Positions 1 through 14,279 of a stretch of 64,000 nucleotides of DNA are shown here, in pieces (position 1 is the first letter of the stretch; the number at the start of each line of letters is the position of its first letter). The stretch comes from Azolla caroliniana (Eukaryota > Plantae > Polypodiophyta). Location: contig JBHGNT010000015.1 in the NCBI GenBank assembly GCA_043228905.1, forward strand, positions 16,926,001 to 16,990,000, read 5' to 3'. Below the pieces are notes generated by a model that was given only the letters and a program-made list of their open reading frames with translations, ran no database searches and had not been told where the DNA came from. The position numbers and the translations under genes are program-made.

Positions 1-471
1 GAATAGTTGTTGGCAAAAGTCGTGTGGAATAGCTCCCAACTCATCGACAAGCTCGAAAGGAGGGCAAGGGCTTTAACTTCTTCTTCAAAGTTAATCCCTT
101 GGGAGGAGAGTTCAAATAACACTCGACTGAAGGTGTTGATGTGAGAGGTTGTTGGATCCGTCTCTCTCATCTTCATGTTGAACAACTATCGAATTAACAT
201 CAACTTGATGAGGAGGATTTCTCCTACTACACTTCATGTAGTTTCTCCCACAAAGAGAATGCAATCGTCTCCTTTGCCATACTAAAATAGACATTTTTGG
301 CCAGGTGCATTCGAATGGTCAATTTGGCTATTTCATCCATAGATCGCAATTCTTTTGCAGACATTCAAGCCGGCTTGGTGTTATGCCGAATGACTTCAAT
401 ATGTCGTCGGATGATGAGGACATCCTTCATCATTTCCTTCCAAAGGGCGAAGTTCTTCCCATCAAACTTCC

Positions 472-947
472 TGTTGGGAGACAGGTCCCTCCGGATGGGA
501 AGGGAGAAGAACAGTGCCGATGAACAAACTCGGCCGAGGCTGAAATCGGATGAGGAGTACTCGGCTACGGAGAGCCGGATGGTACAGACCCGGTGAAGAC
601 TGGATGAGGAGTACCCGACTACGGAGAGCCGGATGATGCAGACCCGGTGAAGACCGGATGAGGAGTACCCGGCTACGAAGAGCCGGATGGTACAGACCCG
701 GTGAAGACCGGATGAGGAGTACTCGGCTACGGAGAGCCGGATGGTACAGAACCGGTGAAGACCGGATGAGGAGTACCCGGCTACGGAGAACCGGATGAAG
801 AGACATATTTGTAAATATGTTTCTGATAGTCCATCAAGGCTATATTTGTAAATAGCCGAAAAGTCATATTAGTATAAATATGACTTAGGGCAAAAATAGT
901 TGTGGTTGTCATTTTTTGTTTTGCACGCCATAGAGAGTGCATAACTG

Positions 948-990
<43 letters not shown>

Positions 991-1260
991 GTCGTTGCCT
1001 CTGTTGTAATCGCCACTTGTGGCGAAGATCTATGAGCACGAGGTCGGTGCCTCAGTGAGCTCACTGTTGTATATTCTTACATAGTGACAGTTTGCAGCCT
1101 GTGGGCTGCCGTGGTTTTTACCCTAGTTTGGGGTTTTCCACGTAAACCTCCTGTGTATTCTCTTCTTCTTTGTGTCATGTTTTATTTCCCGTTTTCTGTG
1201 TATCATTCTAAGCTCGGTTGTGGCCGAGCGTTGCGCATAAGGAACGTTGAGTTCCCATCA
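472..1260 (+). mobile_element. Solo LTR of Copia family C inserted in the gag of element A
   Basis: TGTTGGGAG...TCCCATCA termini with a perfect 5-bp TSD CTTCC (467-471 and 1261-1265). Homologous to the LTRs of the element at 48707-54353. Confidence 0.95.
548..800 (+). repeat. 54-bp CCGG-rich tandem array in the LTR (4 units plus a partial)
   Basis: Unit GGATGAGGAGTACCCGGCTACGGAGAGCCGGATGGTACAGACCCGGTGAAGACC repeated head-to-tail. Confidence 0.95.
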
Positions 1261-4200
1261 CTTCCATATTTCCACACTCGTGTTGAACTGTGTCGCCATT
1301 CTTTTATTGGAAGTAGATGTTTTTGACCTTGTCTTTTTCTCTCAACTAGATGACTTCTCTTCTTAGTTTTTCTGCTATTTGTCGTTACTAGACAACAAGG
1401 TCACTCTGATACCACTTGTTGTAATATGTTAAATGAAGAATATGATAAGGACCTGCAAGATAAAATGTGTACATCAAACAACATAGATATGCAATAGGAA
1501 GAAGAAGGAAAATAGAAGATAGACACAGATTTAGCTTCAATGGAAGTTCTCACTTTCTCTCTTCTTTGTAACTCTTTTCAAACCAAGACACACTTTACAA
1601 TGTTAGGTTTGAGCTTATATACTCAAGCCCTAACTAGAGAACGTGTTCACACTAAGGATACAAAGTGGAAGGAGTCAGCCTTTTATGGCAACAATTTTTT
1701 CAATTCTTGAACCTTTATGCTTTCTACATTCTTCTCTTAATTCATCACATGCATAATTGATGAGTTTGATACCACATACATCGACCCATGACTTTGTTGT
1801 GCATACATTTTTCATCTCGCTTACATCTTGGCTCATTGTCTTCTTTTAATGCTTCTTTTAACTCAATCTTATCAAGGCACTCGTTTGTTTCAAAAGAAGC
1901 TTTATTACATTCGTAGATATCGTCTTGAAGTTTTGCAACCATTTTCTTAAGAGTTCCTTCATTCTCAATGACAACAATTTGTTGCTTAGCATTCTCCCTC
2001 AATAGTGTCTTAATCCCTTCACCTTGCTTGTTTATGGTTTCTCGAAGAGAAATCAAGTGAGCTACCTTAGATATCCCACGCGCCCTCTATTCATCTCATT
2101 CCCATCTTCTATGCAATCTACTTCAATAGAAGTTCTATGTAAATTAAGTTCACTCTTACATTGTTCACTATAGTTAATTCATTGTAACTATTACAAGTAA
2201 CTTCATTGTGATCTTATTTTCACATTGAGAATGTTTACTACAGACTAGTAACCCCCTTCTTAAGAAGGAGCCACATACAAGTTGATATGTTGATTGGGTT
2301 CCATAGGTCAAAATTGGCCTCATCATGGACGATAAACCATCTATTTTATTCTATATTCTCTCTCTCACACACACAATGCATCTATTTCATTTGTCTATTA
2401 GAGTGAGAACTATAAGTCTAGCTACCTTATTATTGACACTGTATTAGAACATGAGGGTAGCTTGTCAATCTAGCCTATCCGCTCATGTGATTGTGTTCGT
2501 GAAATCGTTTATGGTAATGAACCATCTCATGTGGGTTGATGTGGTTGATCATTGCTATTGTAGTGGGGGTACACAACTTGACCATCGAAGATATCCACTA
2601 TTCTTTTGTATTGTGAAGTAAGGAAGAAGTCAAGTTTCACATAGAATCTACGCACGTCAGAGAGAAGGACTAGCTACATTGAAGAGCACATTCTTTTGTT
2701 CGTTTATGTTTTATCATGTTTAATCAATGTACATATATATTTCTTAACAAAGTCTTTTATTTGGGATAACCATTCACTATCTTGACGTGGATAAGCACCA
2801 ATAGTTCTCGATATGTCTTGAGCTCTCTTTTTTCTTGCATGTTTTAGTTTATATATACATGGATTACACATAGCCAGATGAAAAATGTGTTTTCCAACAA
2901 GTTAACCATCTTATTTGTGCATATAATTCATGGATGTTAAGTGGTCCAAAAAAGATCATTTGGAATCATACATTCATGCAACAAAAAATATATTAATTTG
3001 TATGAATCATAATCTTGTTACCTTCCTAATATCCACAACACGAATACAAATCAAACAACCATATCATAGTAAAGGTAGCCACACGAGTAACCTCTTAAGC
3101 ACGATGGAAGTATGAACTCTACCTCAACTTTGTGACCTAAGAATGAACATTAGCATTACCATTACCATCTAATAGGTGCACATTAGCGATGTGAATGCTA
3201 ATGTGAACCTATTAGATGCAAGTGCATTGTAGCCTAAAACTAAAAGTCAAGAAAGGTGATCACTCGATAAACGAGAATGAGATATAAGGGATTATAAGAT
3301 TATATGACCTCTAATAAAGTAAGAGTGTGTTCACATGTTGGTAATCCCATTTGGATACTTAGGATCAATAGGGAGATTTTGAAACAACAAAAGAATACTT
3401 ACTAAAGTCATTTTAACGTGACATTCCATACCCTTTTCTCAAAACATGAAGCATATATAACTTTTAAATGTAGTTAGTAAAATCTCATGAAGTCTATCCA
3501 ATTGGAAATATGATCAATGCTAGTTGTGTATGCATAAATGACTCCATACATTAATCAAGAATGCAAATAATCTCACATGCAAAGAATGCCAACAACTCAT
3601 TGAGACTAGACTTGCATGCACGTGTACTTTGGCTCTGATACAATTTCAACTTTCACGACAATATAGATGATGAAGTTATGTGTGAAATATTATTCTTCAT
3701 TTAGCACTCAAATATTGCAGTCACATTCCAATGTTTTCTATTAATATGTCAGTACATTAACTACCCTCAAAACTATAATTATAAAAGACTATATTCATTA
3801 TCGTCCAATTGGCTTTAGTAGCATGTAATTATCATTTGCAATTGTTGATTTGATGAAACTTGCCCGATAATAGACCAATTACTAATCTACTAATTATCTA
3901 AAATAAAAGTTTAATTCAATAACACATATCTAATTACCATGTATAATTAGTCTTGCTCAATAACTAATATAGTTACCATCTAAGGAAAGACAAAACAATG
4001 TATGAAGCAAACTCAATTAGTCTTCTTGTTGAAGTTCTTGAAGAAAATCCAATTTGCTCATGATACATCTAAGGTGGTCACCATAGAACCTCGTATTAAG
4101 TATTAATAATGCTCGGATGGTTGACCTATTAGGATGTTTGTCCCCAACAACTAATGCTTTTTTATCAGTCTTTAGAACCCGTTACTTTTATTGCATGACA

Positions 4201-5995
4201 ATGTATGTGACACAATGCACACACCATCACATGTATAAATAATCTTATGTAAGTGGTTGGCTATTCTTAGTCAATGTGATGTTATGTGGTTGGTTTAACC
4301 TGAGTAGAATGGACATCCCTACATTGTAAGATCTTATGGGATCTACATGTCTCAATCATGATGGTTTGACTATGGGACTTCTATATAAGTTTTATTGTTG
4401 ATGTTTTCCATGATAATAAACTAATGCAAGGAGTGAATAAAGGAGAATGGTTGTTTTGATTATACATATGTACGGGATGGTTCATGACCATATATAATGT
4501 CTAGTGGGTCAAGGCTAGTGTTGTAGGGTAATGTGAAATATCAACATGTAACCACATGGACTACAACCAAGTAGCTACATTGCGATTTACGGTGGATTAA
4601 GATCAATAGATGATGCTAATATAAGTTAATTATTAGGAAACTGTAGGGCTAGAATAGCACAACACATTAGGATAGGAAAAAGGGCTATAAAGTGGATTAT
4701 AAAATTGCAATGTAGTTTTACGAGTCGAAAAATGTAGAACAAAACGGGGTTTGGTAGCACGCAAGAGACGAGGAAAGAAAACGATCAATCCTCGTCGCCC
4801 GCTCCCTTAAAACGAACATCTCTGAATGGCCGACGAATCATCGAATATCTACAGATCAGTGGTCTCGAAAAAGCATATGTTCTATAGAGGGGAAATTTCG
4901 AAACAGTCCCTGTCCATGTCTGGGTTATCCATCTATTTAATTTTCTCCATTTAACACTCATTTGTACTTTATTTATTCGGGCATACGCCACTATGGCTTT
5001 TCATTGTTTATATTCCCCGGATGCCGCTAAGCCTTTTCATTCTATTCTCCAGATTCCTCGAAAGAATCGGCAGAATCGGCAGGGAATCTGCGGTCGTCTA
5101 CTGAGGAGGGTAGCCCCTGCAAATATAACCAAAACTCGTTGGGGGGGGCATCTCCAGCGAAATAAAGGAAAATCCCATGACTGTTTTGGGTGTTTTCCTC
5201 TCTTTCCTTTTTCCCTTCTGATTTAGGAGAGAGTTAAGTCAAGTTCCTCTCGTTTTGTAGTTCGATCTCTGGGGGCACATATATATTTTTTATCTCTGTG
5301 CCCACCTCCAGCACAACAGTCACAGAAGCACAGCAATTCGCCCACAGTCAAGGTAACCCCCAGAATTCAATTCCTCCTAACCCCGTTTTGAACCATTTCC
5401 TTACGGTTTGAACAAATCTTATGCGTGGGTTTTTATACGTGATGGATGTTGTGCATGCATGTTTTCCATGTATGATGTGTATGGATGTGTATAAGTCACG
5501 TATGTTATATGAGGATATGTATATGTTATATGCCATTATATACATGCTAATGTTATGATGCTTAATGATTTCATGTGCTGATTGCATCATGATTAAAAAA
5601 ACAAAAACAAAATTTGGTATACATATGTTTGCATTGGAAGGTAATGTTTCACGATTTTCATCCCAAATGCATCGTGATAAATAATACCATGAAACGAATG
5701 CAATTATGTATGCAGAATTTATGTATCAATAAAGCACAGTGAGAAGATTCCTCGTCTATGCTTAATGGTTTCCATTAATATATTCTGCGTTTGGTCTGTT
5801 GATGAATTATGCAGGCTCAATAGGATTTACTCATATGGTATATTATTTAAATTCAAATTAGGAAGGAGTGGGGCAGGCTTAAAATTTCAAGAACCATTGT
5901 GCCTATGTTTTCAATATTAGGTCATTTAAAAATTTTCCCCTCACTTTCTTTCAATCACTCGAAGAACAGGAAGAAATTTTTGAAGGAAGCTTATC

Positions 5996-8900
5996 ATGGA
6001 TGTAGACGAGGGATATGTCTTCTTTGGAACACCTCTAGAGAGGGAAGAAGATCTCTCAAGGAAGCAAAAGAAACAAGCTGGTGATGAGGGAAAGCTACGT
6101 CTGGCAATCACTACACAACAAGAGGTAAGCTTAATCTAGTAGTTATGTGAGAGAGAGACAAAAGAAAGAAAGAAATCTTAATGTCTTTTAAGAGGCCAAA
6201 TAAGCGATTACATCTTAAGAGTTGTCTTCTCTTTGAGAACAAAAATCAAAATAAATAAATGTTATGAACTGAAAAAAAAAAAAAAAGAGACTAAAGAATC
6301 TTGTTGTTTGTGCATGCGTTATTTTCAAGTTAAATATATTATAATTTTTGTCTTCGAAGGATCTCTAGCATAGGTCAATCTAGAATGGAGAGGTCTTCAA
6401 AGAGAGGGAAGCACATGCGATGGCGGGAGATAATGGCCTTTATCTGTCAATGACAAGGATGGTGAGGTTGTGGTCTATGGGGCTGGGGCATCGACTTGTA
6501 GCATGAGTAGGAATGATGTGGCTAAAGAAAGTTGTGATTGTTCTTTACGGATGAGCACTATTGTCCTTCAACAACATTCCATGTGCCTCTTGGATTTTAG
6601 CAAGAAAAGTCCCAAGCACCGTCAGTCCTCATATTCCATTACCTTGCGTAGTGGGCCAAAGCCTTGTTTAAAGAGGCAATAGTATCTCCCTCTTATTTCA
6701 TACAAAACTTTGCAGTGACAAACACAGTGTTCTTCAGATTCCATTCCCTGAGGACACAGAATTGGCAAATTCTTTCTTCTAGAGGTATTCGTGCATATCT
6801 GCCTACCTCAATCTCTAACTAATGTGATGAAGTTCGCAGCTAACGTATCACACTGCGCAACGCACCGTCAGTCCTCATATTCCATTACCTTGCGTAGTGG
6901 GCCAAAGCCTTGTTTAAAGAGGCAATAGTATCTCCCTCTTATTTCATACAAAACTTTGCAGTGACAAACACAATGTTCTTCAGATTCCATTCCCTGAGGA
7001 CACAGAATTGGCAAATTCTTTCTTCTAGAGGTATTCGTGCATATCTGCCTACCTCAATCTCTAACTAATGTGATGAAGTTCGCAGCTAACGTATCACACT
7101 GCGCAACGCATACGATAGAGATATTTCCATATAAGATGATTGTCACTGGAAAGTGCTATGTTTGTTCCTCTTTTATGTATCAATTAATAACTATTGTTTT
7201 TATTTCTATTATTATTAATTTACTTGCCCGCCTAGCACTTTCGAGAGTTGGAAAGAAGATATTCTATGGCCAATGCGAAATGGCTGAGGTACAATGATCC
7301 CTAGACCGGAAGAGCCAAGGCCGGTCGTGTCTGGAATTGACATATGGTCGGTCCAATTATCATTGGGCTCCAATGTCACTTAAAAAATGCAAGTGAGTGG
7401 GCTAAGATATTTTTTGAAGAGGTGCACTTGGAAACATGAGTAAGACTTGTCTTATTCTAAGAAACCTCTTTTGAGAATCAATTTAGAGTGTTGACATCTG
7501 CAGGTATCGAGCTCATCTACTCTCTTTTTGACTTTACCTTGGAAGCTCGACATGTGGGTTTTCGTTGTTGAAGTATGCTTAAACAGCTTGGCTGTGATTT
7601 CAGGATTTGGGCTCTATCTTATTGTTCCCTCTTTTATTAAAGAAATACTGAAAGGGGGGCCAATATTTGGAACCAATAGGATGTCAACATACTTGTTTAG
7701 GGGCGGAAGTAATTCTGAGGATTCCCAAATCTTTAGCAGGTTTTTATCGGTTCATGTATGATTTATCCAATGAACTTTTGGTGATTTTGTTGGATGGTAT
7801 TACACCACCCTCCAAAAGTTCCACAAGCTGGGTTGAATGGTGATGATGATGCTATATTGTCATTTTTGGAAGCGTCTCCTCATTTATATGTTGTCTAAAT
7901 TAAAATCCGACCAAAAGCCAAAACAAACCTTACAAAATATGGTTCAGTGTATAAAAATGGATGTTTCTTATGCTATAAGAAGGTGGGTTATTACAATTGA
8001 TAAATTGAATGAAAAAGAACCGATGGATGGGAATGCTGTTTTTTCATACATTGCAGAGCAAGGAGGTGGTTGATGTCAAGGATTCTATCTCAGAAGGCAA
8101 GTTACTATGTTATAGAAACTACTGGAGAAATGTTGGAAATTGGTACAGTTTCATAAGTTGATCTTGTATATTATATCTTCTGAATTCACAAAGAATTCTA
8201 TTGGAACAAGTGAAAACATTTCATATACTTCCTCATATGGAATAAAATCCATATGAGTAACCATATGAAATCCATATATTCGTAGAATGAGCCTTGATTG
8301 TGCACATATTTAACAGAATAAAATGCAGAAATCCATCATATATGATCAACTTCAACATATTTTTGAACATTCAATTATGAATGAGACCCACATCTCAACT
8401 TGTGTTCTAATTAATGCTTTACACGTTGACTTAATGGCCAGAAAGTGACGCAGCTGCCATTTATGATACAAATTAAACACCTTGTATTGTGGCCTCTACA
8501 TGAAGTTGATGACATGGCGAATAAACTTCTTACTCTTAAGTTCTTGGTCTTATGAGCATGTGGAAAATATTTAGTATTCCTTAAACAGGACATTCCAAGA
8601 TTTGCTTTGTGAATATACTTAAGTGGATCTACAACCTTTTCTTGCCACAGGTATATGATGAAAATGGTCGGCGAAGGTTTCATGGGGCCTTCACTGGAGG
8701 ATTTTCTGCAGGCTATTACAACACCGTGGGATCTAAAGAGGGTATGTTGCCAACTTCTGTATGGTCTTTTTAAAGTCATCTTCAGGTGGAATAACAGCCT
8801 TATCAGGATCCGCACTTGCTATTGATTCTGTTTTGCTGTCTTTCAGACTAGTGTCTGTGCTTTCTTTTGTTTGTTAGAGTGGTTCAACTCAGATAGATAC

Positions 8901-11900
8901 ATACATGAGTGCATCCCCGCTTTCTTCTTCTTTTTACAGAAGCAAACTCTCCAAATTTATGACCAACCTTTTCTTTTGAAATGAAAACAATCCTTAACTT
9001 CGAGCAAAGGAAGATCAAAATTTTAATCGTTTATGACCTGTGTACGTGGGACTCTGGTGAATTAATTTCCTTTATATTGCATTGAACAGTTGTATGGGGC
9101 CCTGACTTCTTTTTGGGGCTTTCCTCCCACCGAAGATCTTGCTAGTTTTACCTGCGGATGGTTATGACCATGATAAGATAAGAGTGCAGACCAAAATATA
9201 TATTATTGTTTGGATGGGATCTGGACCAGCTCACTACAAAATAAGTGGGGACTGATGATCAATCCAACCACTGTGTAAGAAAGTGGATTATATTCTATGT
9301 TTGGTCTGAGTATAACATTAAATGTGTAAGTCAGTTGATAGTAGTGGAGATATTCCTTTTTTGTCAACTGACTTGTCATTTAATATGACCCAACTCCCTA
9401 GATACAAGCTAGTGCTAGATAGTACTTATCTTGAAGTCAATGGCACATACTTCAAGACTAAGTACATCATAACTTGCCCACAAAATATTCTAGTTGACTT
9501 GATTAGCCAATCCTATTACCTATTTCACTCTTTCCTAAATCCATTGTGTCCTACGCATCTACGGTTTCCTAGATTAACACCTTATCGACCCATATGGTCG
9601 AGTTGCACACTAGCCGCTCCTCATTTGGGGCGTTATCACAAAATGTGCACTCTAAGAGCACATATGGGGATAGATTTACAACTTGGGGCTGATCATTGAT
9701 TATATCTAACACGCCCCCTCAATGGTCAACCCATTGAGTTCACTTGGAATTGGGCCAACTCCTAGTCGTCGAAGGTGTTGTTGTAGCTGTTCTGCTCCAA
9801 GCGCCTTTGTGAAGATATCTGCAACATTTTCTGATGTCGGATAGTACTCAAGCTCCACAATCTCATCATTTATTAGCTTCCGCACATAGTGATACTGAAT
9901 CTCTATGTGTTTAGTACGTGCATGAAATACGGGGTTCTTGGCAATGGCCATGCAACTCTGATTGTCACACCTCAATACCGTTGCTGTCCTTATTGGAACC
10001 GCCACATCTGTAAGGATTCTTCTTAGCCAAACTACCTCGCATGCCGCTATGCATGCTGCTTTGTATTCTGCCTCTGTTGAAGATAGTGCCACTGCTGGTT
10101 GTTTTTTACTACTCCATGAAACAATTCCAGAGCCTATTGAAAAACAATATCCAGAAACTGATTTTCTGGAATCACTATCTCCAGCCCAATCGGAGTCGCA
10201 ATACCCACTAAGTTCGTCAATTGTTGGCTTGTAGAAGATTCCGTAATTTAAAGTACCCACAATGTACTTTAATACACGTAGTGCAGCTTTCCAATGAGTC
10301 TCCTTTGGCTTGTTGCTGAATCGACTCACCACACCAATTGCAAAACAAATATCCGGCCTAGTGTTGCATAGGAAAATTAGACTTCCTACTAGCTGTCTAT
10401 ACTTCCTTGTGTCAACCATTGGTGACGGGTCTTCTTGGGATAGCTTGCAGTTTGATTCCATTGGAGTCGACTTTGACTTGCTGTCCATCATCTCAAAGGT
10501 CTTCAAGATCTCTATTGCATACTTTCTTTGTGACATGAAGATGCCAACTGAGGTTTGCCAAACCTCAATTCCAAGGAAGTAGTGTAGAATCCCAAGTCTA
10601 TCATTTCAAACTCAGTTTTCAAACACTCTTGTGTTTGGCCAATACACTCTTCATGGTCACCAGTAAGTACTAGATCATCCACGTAAATGATGATGATGAC
10701 TTGTTTCCCGTCCTTCATTTTGACATACATACTTGCATCCGAAGCACATTGCTTAAAGTCGATTGATTGTAAGAAGCTGTCTATCCTCTTGTTCCAAGCT
10801 CTTGGTGCTTGCTTTAGACCATACATCGCCTTCTTCAGCTTGCAGACGTTGTTTTCTGAATTCAGCATCTCAAACCCTGGTGGTTGTGTCACGTATACCT
10901 CCTCCCTGAGATGCCCATTCAGAAATGCCGATTTGACATCCATTTGATAAATTGGCTATCCTCTTGAAGCAGCCAACGCTATGACCATTCGAATTGTTGT
11001 CATGCGAGCTGTTGGGGCAAATGTTTCTTGTACATCAAACCCTTCAATTTGGGAGTATCCTTGCGCTACTAGCCTGGCCTTAAATTTCTCCAAGAACCAT
11101 CAGCTTTATACTTTACTTTCCACACCCACTTGGTGCCTATCACCTTCCTCTTTGTTGGCCTCTCTACCAACTCCCACGTGTCATTTTTCATGATGCTATC
11201 GTATTCTGATATCATCGCCTCTTTCCACTTCGGGTCGGCCATGGCTTCCTCCACCAAGGACGGCTCATTCACTGAGTCTATGATGTCCACCATCAGAACC
11301 ATGTTGACAATGTGGTCAGAGTTTCTTCCTTGCTCCTGTATTCTTCTTGATCTTCGTAATCCATCAGTTGAAGTTTCAGGAAACTCAACTTTAGGAGTAT
11401 GGTCATTGAAGAGTTGTTGAGCCCACTTAGGTATTTTCTTTACATGTGCCATTGGCATAGGCTGAACTAGCGAGCCATTACCATCAAATGGTTCAGCTTC
11501 CTTTTCTGGACATTGGGTCGGGATTGTGTGGAATACTTATTCTTGGGGTGTTTTCCCTTGAAGTGCCTTTGTGTAGCTCCAATTGAGGATGTAAACTGCT
11601 GTATTCACTGCTTCAGCCCAGAATGGGTCGGGCAGCGCTTGGGCCTTCAACATACACCTAGCCATCTCGACAACTGTTCGGTGTCGACGTTCGACAACGC
11701 CATTTTGTTGTGGGGTGTAGGCAGTTGTAAGTCGGCGCTTAATTCCATGCTCTTTGCAATACTCAGAGAATTCTATTGATAAGAATTCTCCACCTCGATC
11801 AGAGCGTAACTCCTTCACTAACTTTCTGGACTCCCGCTCGACAAACTTATGCCATCTTTTGAAGATTTTAAAAGCTTCAGCCTTCTCCTGAAGGAAGTAA

Positions 11901-14244
11901 ACCCAGATCTTTCTACTGAAGTTGTCGACTACTAGCATATAGTAGAGAGATCCACCCATTGCAGGAGTCACCATTTTTCCAAAGAGGTTGATATGTATTA
12001 GCTGTAGAGGAGTCTTTGTCCGATTTTGACTCTCTTTTGGAATGGCTGATCTTTGATGCTTGCCCATCATACAAGCATCACAAACATGACTTAAGTCAGA
12101 TAGGGTTGGCAAACCAACAACCATGTTCGACTTCTTCATCTCCTTCAACACAATAACATTGAGATGCCCAAATCCCTCATGCCATTGCTTTGTGTTAGTA
12201 CTTGTGCTGTGGTCAATAGAAATTGTAAACACGCTCAACTCATAGAGATTGTTGTGCCTTACCCCTATTCCTACAACCTTGCCAGCAGAATCTGTTATTT
12301 CTGCACCCGATTTCTTGAATCGAACATCAAGACCCTTGTCGGTCAGTGCAGAAATGGACAATAGATTCTTCTTGAGATCTGGCACGTACAACACTTGAGA
12401 GAGATGCTTTGTCCCGCCGGTCGTTGCGTTGAGGGAGACGGTTCCGGTTCCTTTGGCTGGACATCGAGCATTGTTCCCGACCACAACATTGATGGGCTCT
12501 TGTAGAGGTGTCCAAGAGCTGTACCAGTCACGATTACTGGTCATATGTCGGGATGCTCCACTATCGAGAATCCAAGAGTCGTCGACAACTTGAGTGTCAA
12601 CTGAAGAACACACTTCTTCAGTTGCGACCCATAATTCAAGCTCATCTACGACATTGTTGGTGGACTCGGGCTCTCTCCAAGAAGTCTTACTAGAACCATT
12701 CTTCTCATCTACTATCTTCCGACAATCCTTGATTGTGTGACCCTTCTTGTCATAGTAGAAACACAATCCATTGAACTTCTTCTTCTTTGGTATCCTATTC
12801 GCATTGTTTGAACTGGATGTTCCTTTACCCTTAGTCCTAGAGACAAATGCCGAATCTTCCCTTCCATCTCTTGTCTTCAGCTGAAGCTCCTCATCAAGCA
12901 GCATTGCACTTAGTTCATCAAATTTTAAAGGAGTGGGTTGAACCTGAGTGTTCAATGCTGTCACAATGCCATCATACTTGGAAGGAAGTACTCGAATGCA
13001 CCGACGAGCCATATCCTCTGGAGAGATGACTACTCCAACAGCCACTAGCTGATCTTGATGATCCTTAATCCTTTTTACAAAGGATTCTACTTTCTCTCCA
13101 TCAGCAAGCTTCTCTGCAGCAAGTTGATTTTTGAGGTTTTGTATCCTTCTATAGTTTCTGGTTTCATACTGGCTGGCCAATATGCTACAAGCTTCATGTG
13201 CCCTGGTTGTATGCTGCACTAATGTTAGTATAGAGTCACATACACCAGTGACTATGGTACACAATGCATCAGCATTCCTTCTCTTCCAGGCTCGAAATAG
13301 ATCAACATTTGGAGGGATTGATGTGGTAGGGTGTGCAGGGTCACTATGGACTCAGGGTCTTCTCCTGTGCGTCCCATAATTGTCTCCAACAACTCCTAGG
13401 AGTCCAAAATGGCAGACATTTTGAACTTCCATAGAGTGTAGTTGGTTCCATCTAGAGGTGGGTGAATGCGCAGTGCAGCAGCTGCAGCGTTCATGGACAA
13501 GGCCATTGATACTCTCTCTCTCTACACAAGGTAATGGAATATGAGGACCAACGATGTCTAGGACTTTTCTTGCTAGAGCTCAAGAGACATCGGGAAAAGT
13601 TGTTGAAGAATACAACCACACAAGCTCATCCACAAAGAACAATCACAACTTTCTTTAGCCCCATCACTCCTACTAATGCTACAAGTCCATCGCGGGATAC
13701 ACAAATGGGCCCCGGACCAGGGCATAACAAAGGGGTTACAATTGATCGGGCAATGGCAATTTGCCGTGCACGTAGGCTGTGGCCCCATGGACCATGACCT
13801 CGACACCCTTGTCATCGACAGATAAAAGCCATTATCTCCCGCCATCGTAGGTGCTTCCCTCATTCGGAGACACTTCCATTCTGGATCGACCTATGCTGGA
13901 GATCTTTCGAAGACCAAAGCTACAATATACCTAACTTGAGAATCTCACATGTGCCAAAAACCAGATTCCCTCGTTTCTTCTCTTTTCATCTTATTTACTT
14001 TTATATTTACTGTGTAATATTTATTTTATTTTGATTTGTTCTCAAAGATGAGAAAACACTCAAGATATAATCTCTTATTTGGTCTTATAGGCCATTTTGG
14101 CCTCTTAAAAGACTTTAATTTATCTTTCTATCTTTCTTTCTCTCTTGTACTACTGCAAGAAGGTTTTAAAGAAGGCCTTTACCTCACAGTGCCATCCATT
14201 GTACTACTGCAAGAAGGTTCTAAAGAATTGGGCACATTATTATG

Positions 14245-14279
<35 letters not shown>

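Larger units (their letters stand above)
1..1693 (-). mobile_element. 5' part of a Ty1/Copia element (family A): 5' LTR 1417-1693, tRNA-Met PBS 1404-1414, decayed gag start; continues off the left edge
   Basis: The LTR has TGTTG...CAACA termini. CTCTGATACCA is the reverse complement of the PBS TGGTATCAGAG. Removing the 472-1260 insert restores gag MATQFNTSVEIWK-FDGKNFALWKEMMKDVL, a Copia gag N-terminal motif, followed by stops. Confidence 0.85.

Noticed and set aside
548-800. Possible CRISPR array (also considered for the ~41-bp array at 32898-34120)
   Set aside because: Units are contiguous with no unique spacers, there are no cas genes, and the context is a eukaryotic LTR or intron.
1745-3642. 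103-aa coiled-coil ORF (1745-2056) and a degenerate PBS-like GGCTCTGATACA at 3631-3642
   Set aside because: Probably an older LTR-element relic, but I cannot define LTRs, a TSD or any domain.
5053-5969. Candidate non-coding 5' exons of TGH (AG/GT pairs near 5053-5109 and 5814-5837; acceptor near 5969)
   Set aside because: The splice signals are plausible but cannot be supported without transcripts.
9322-9699. 125-aa ORF duplicated at 20730-21107
   Set aside because: Both copies lie inside the two LTRs of Copia B, antisense to the element, with no recognisable motif.
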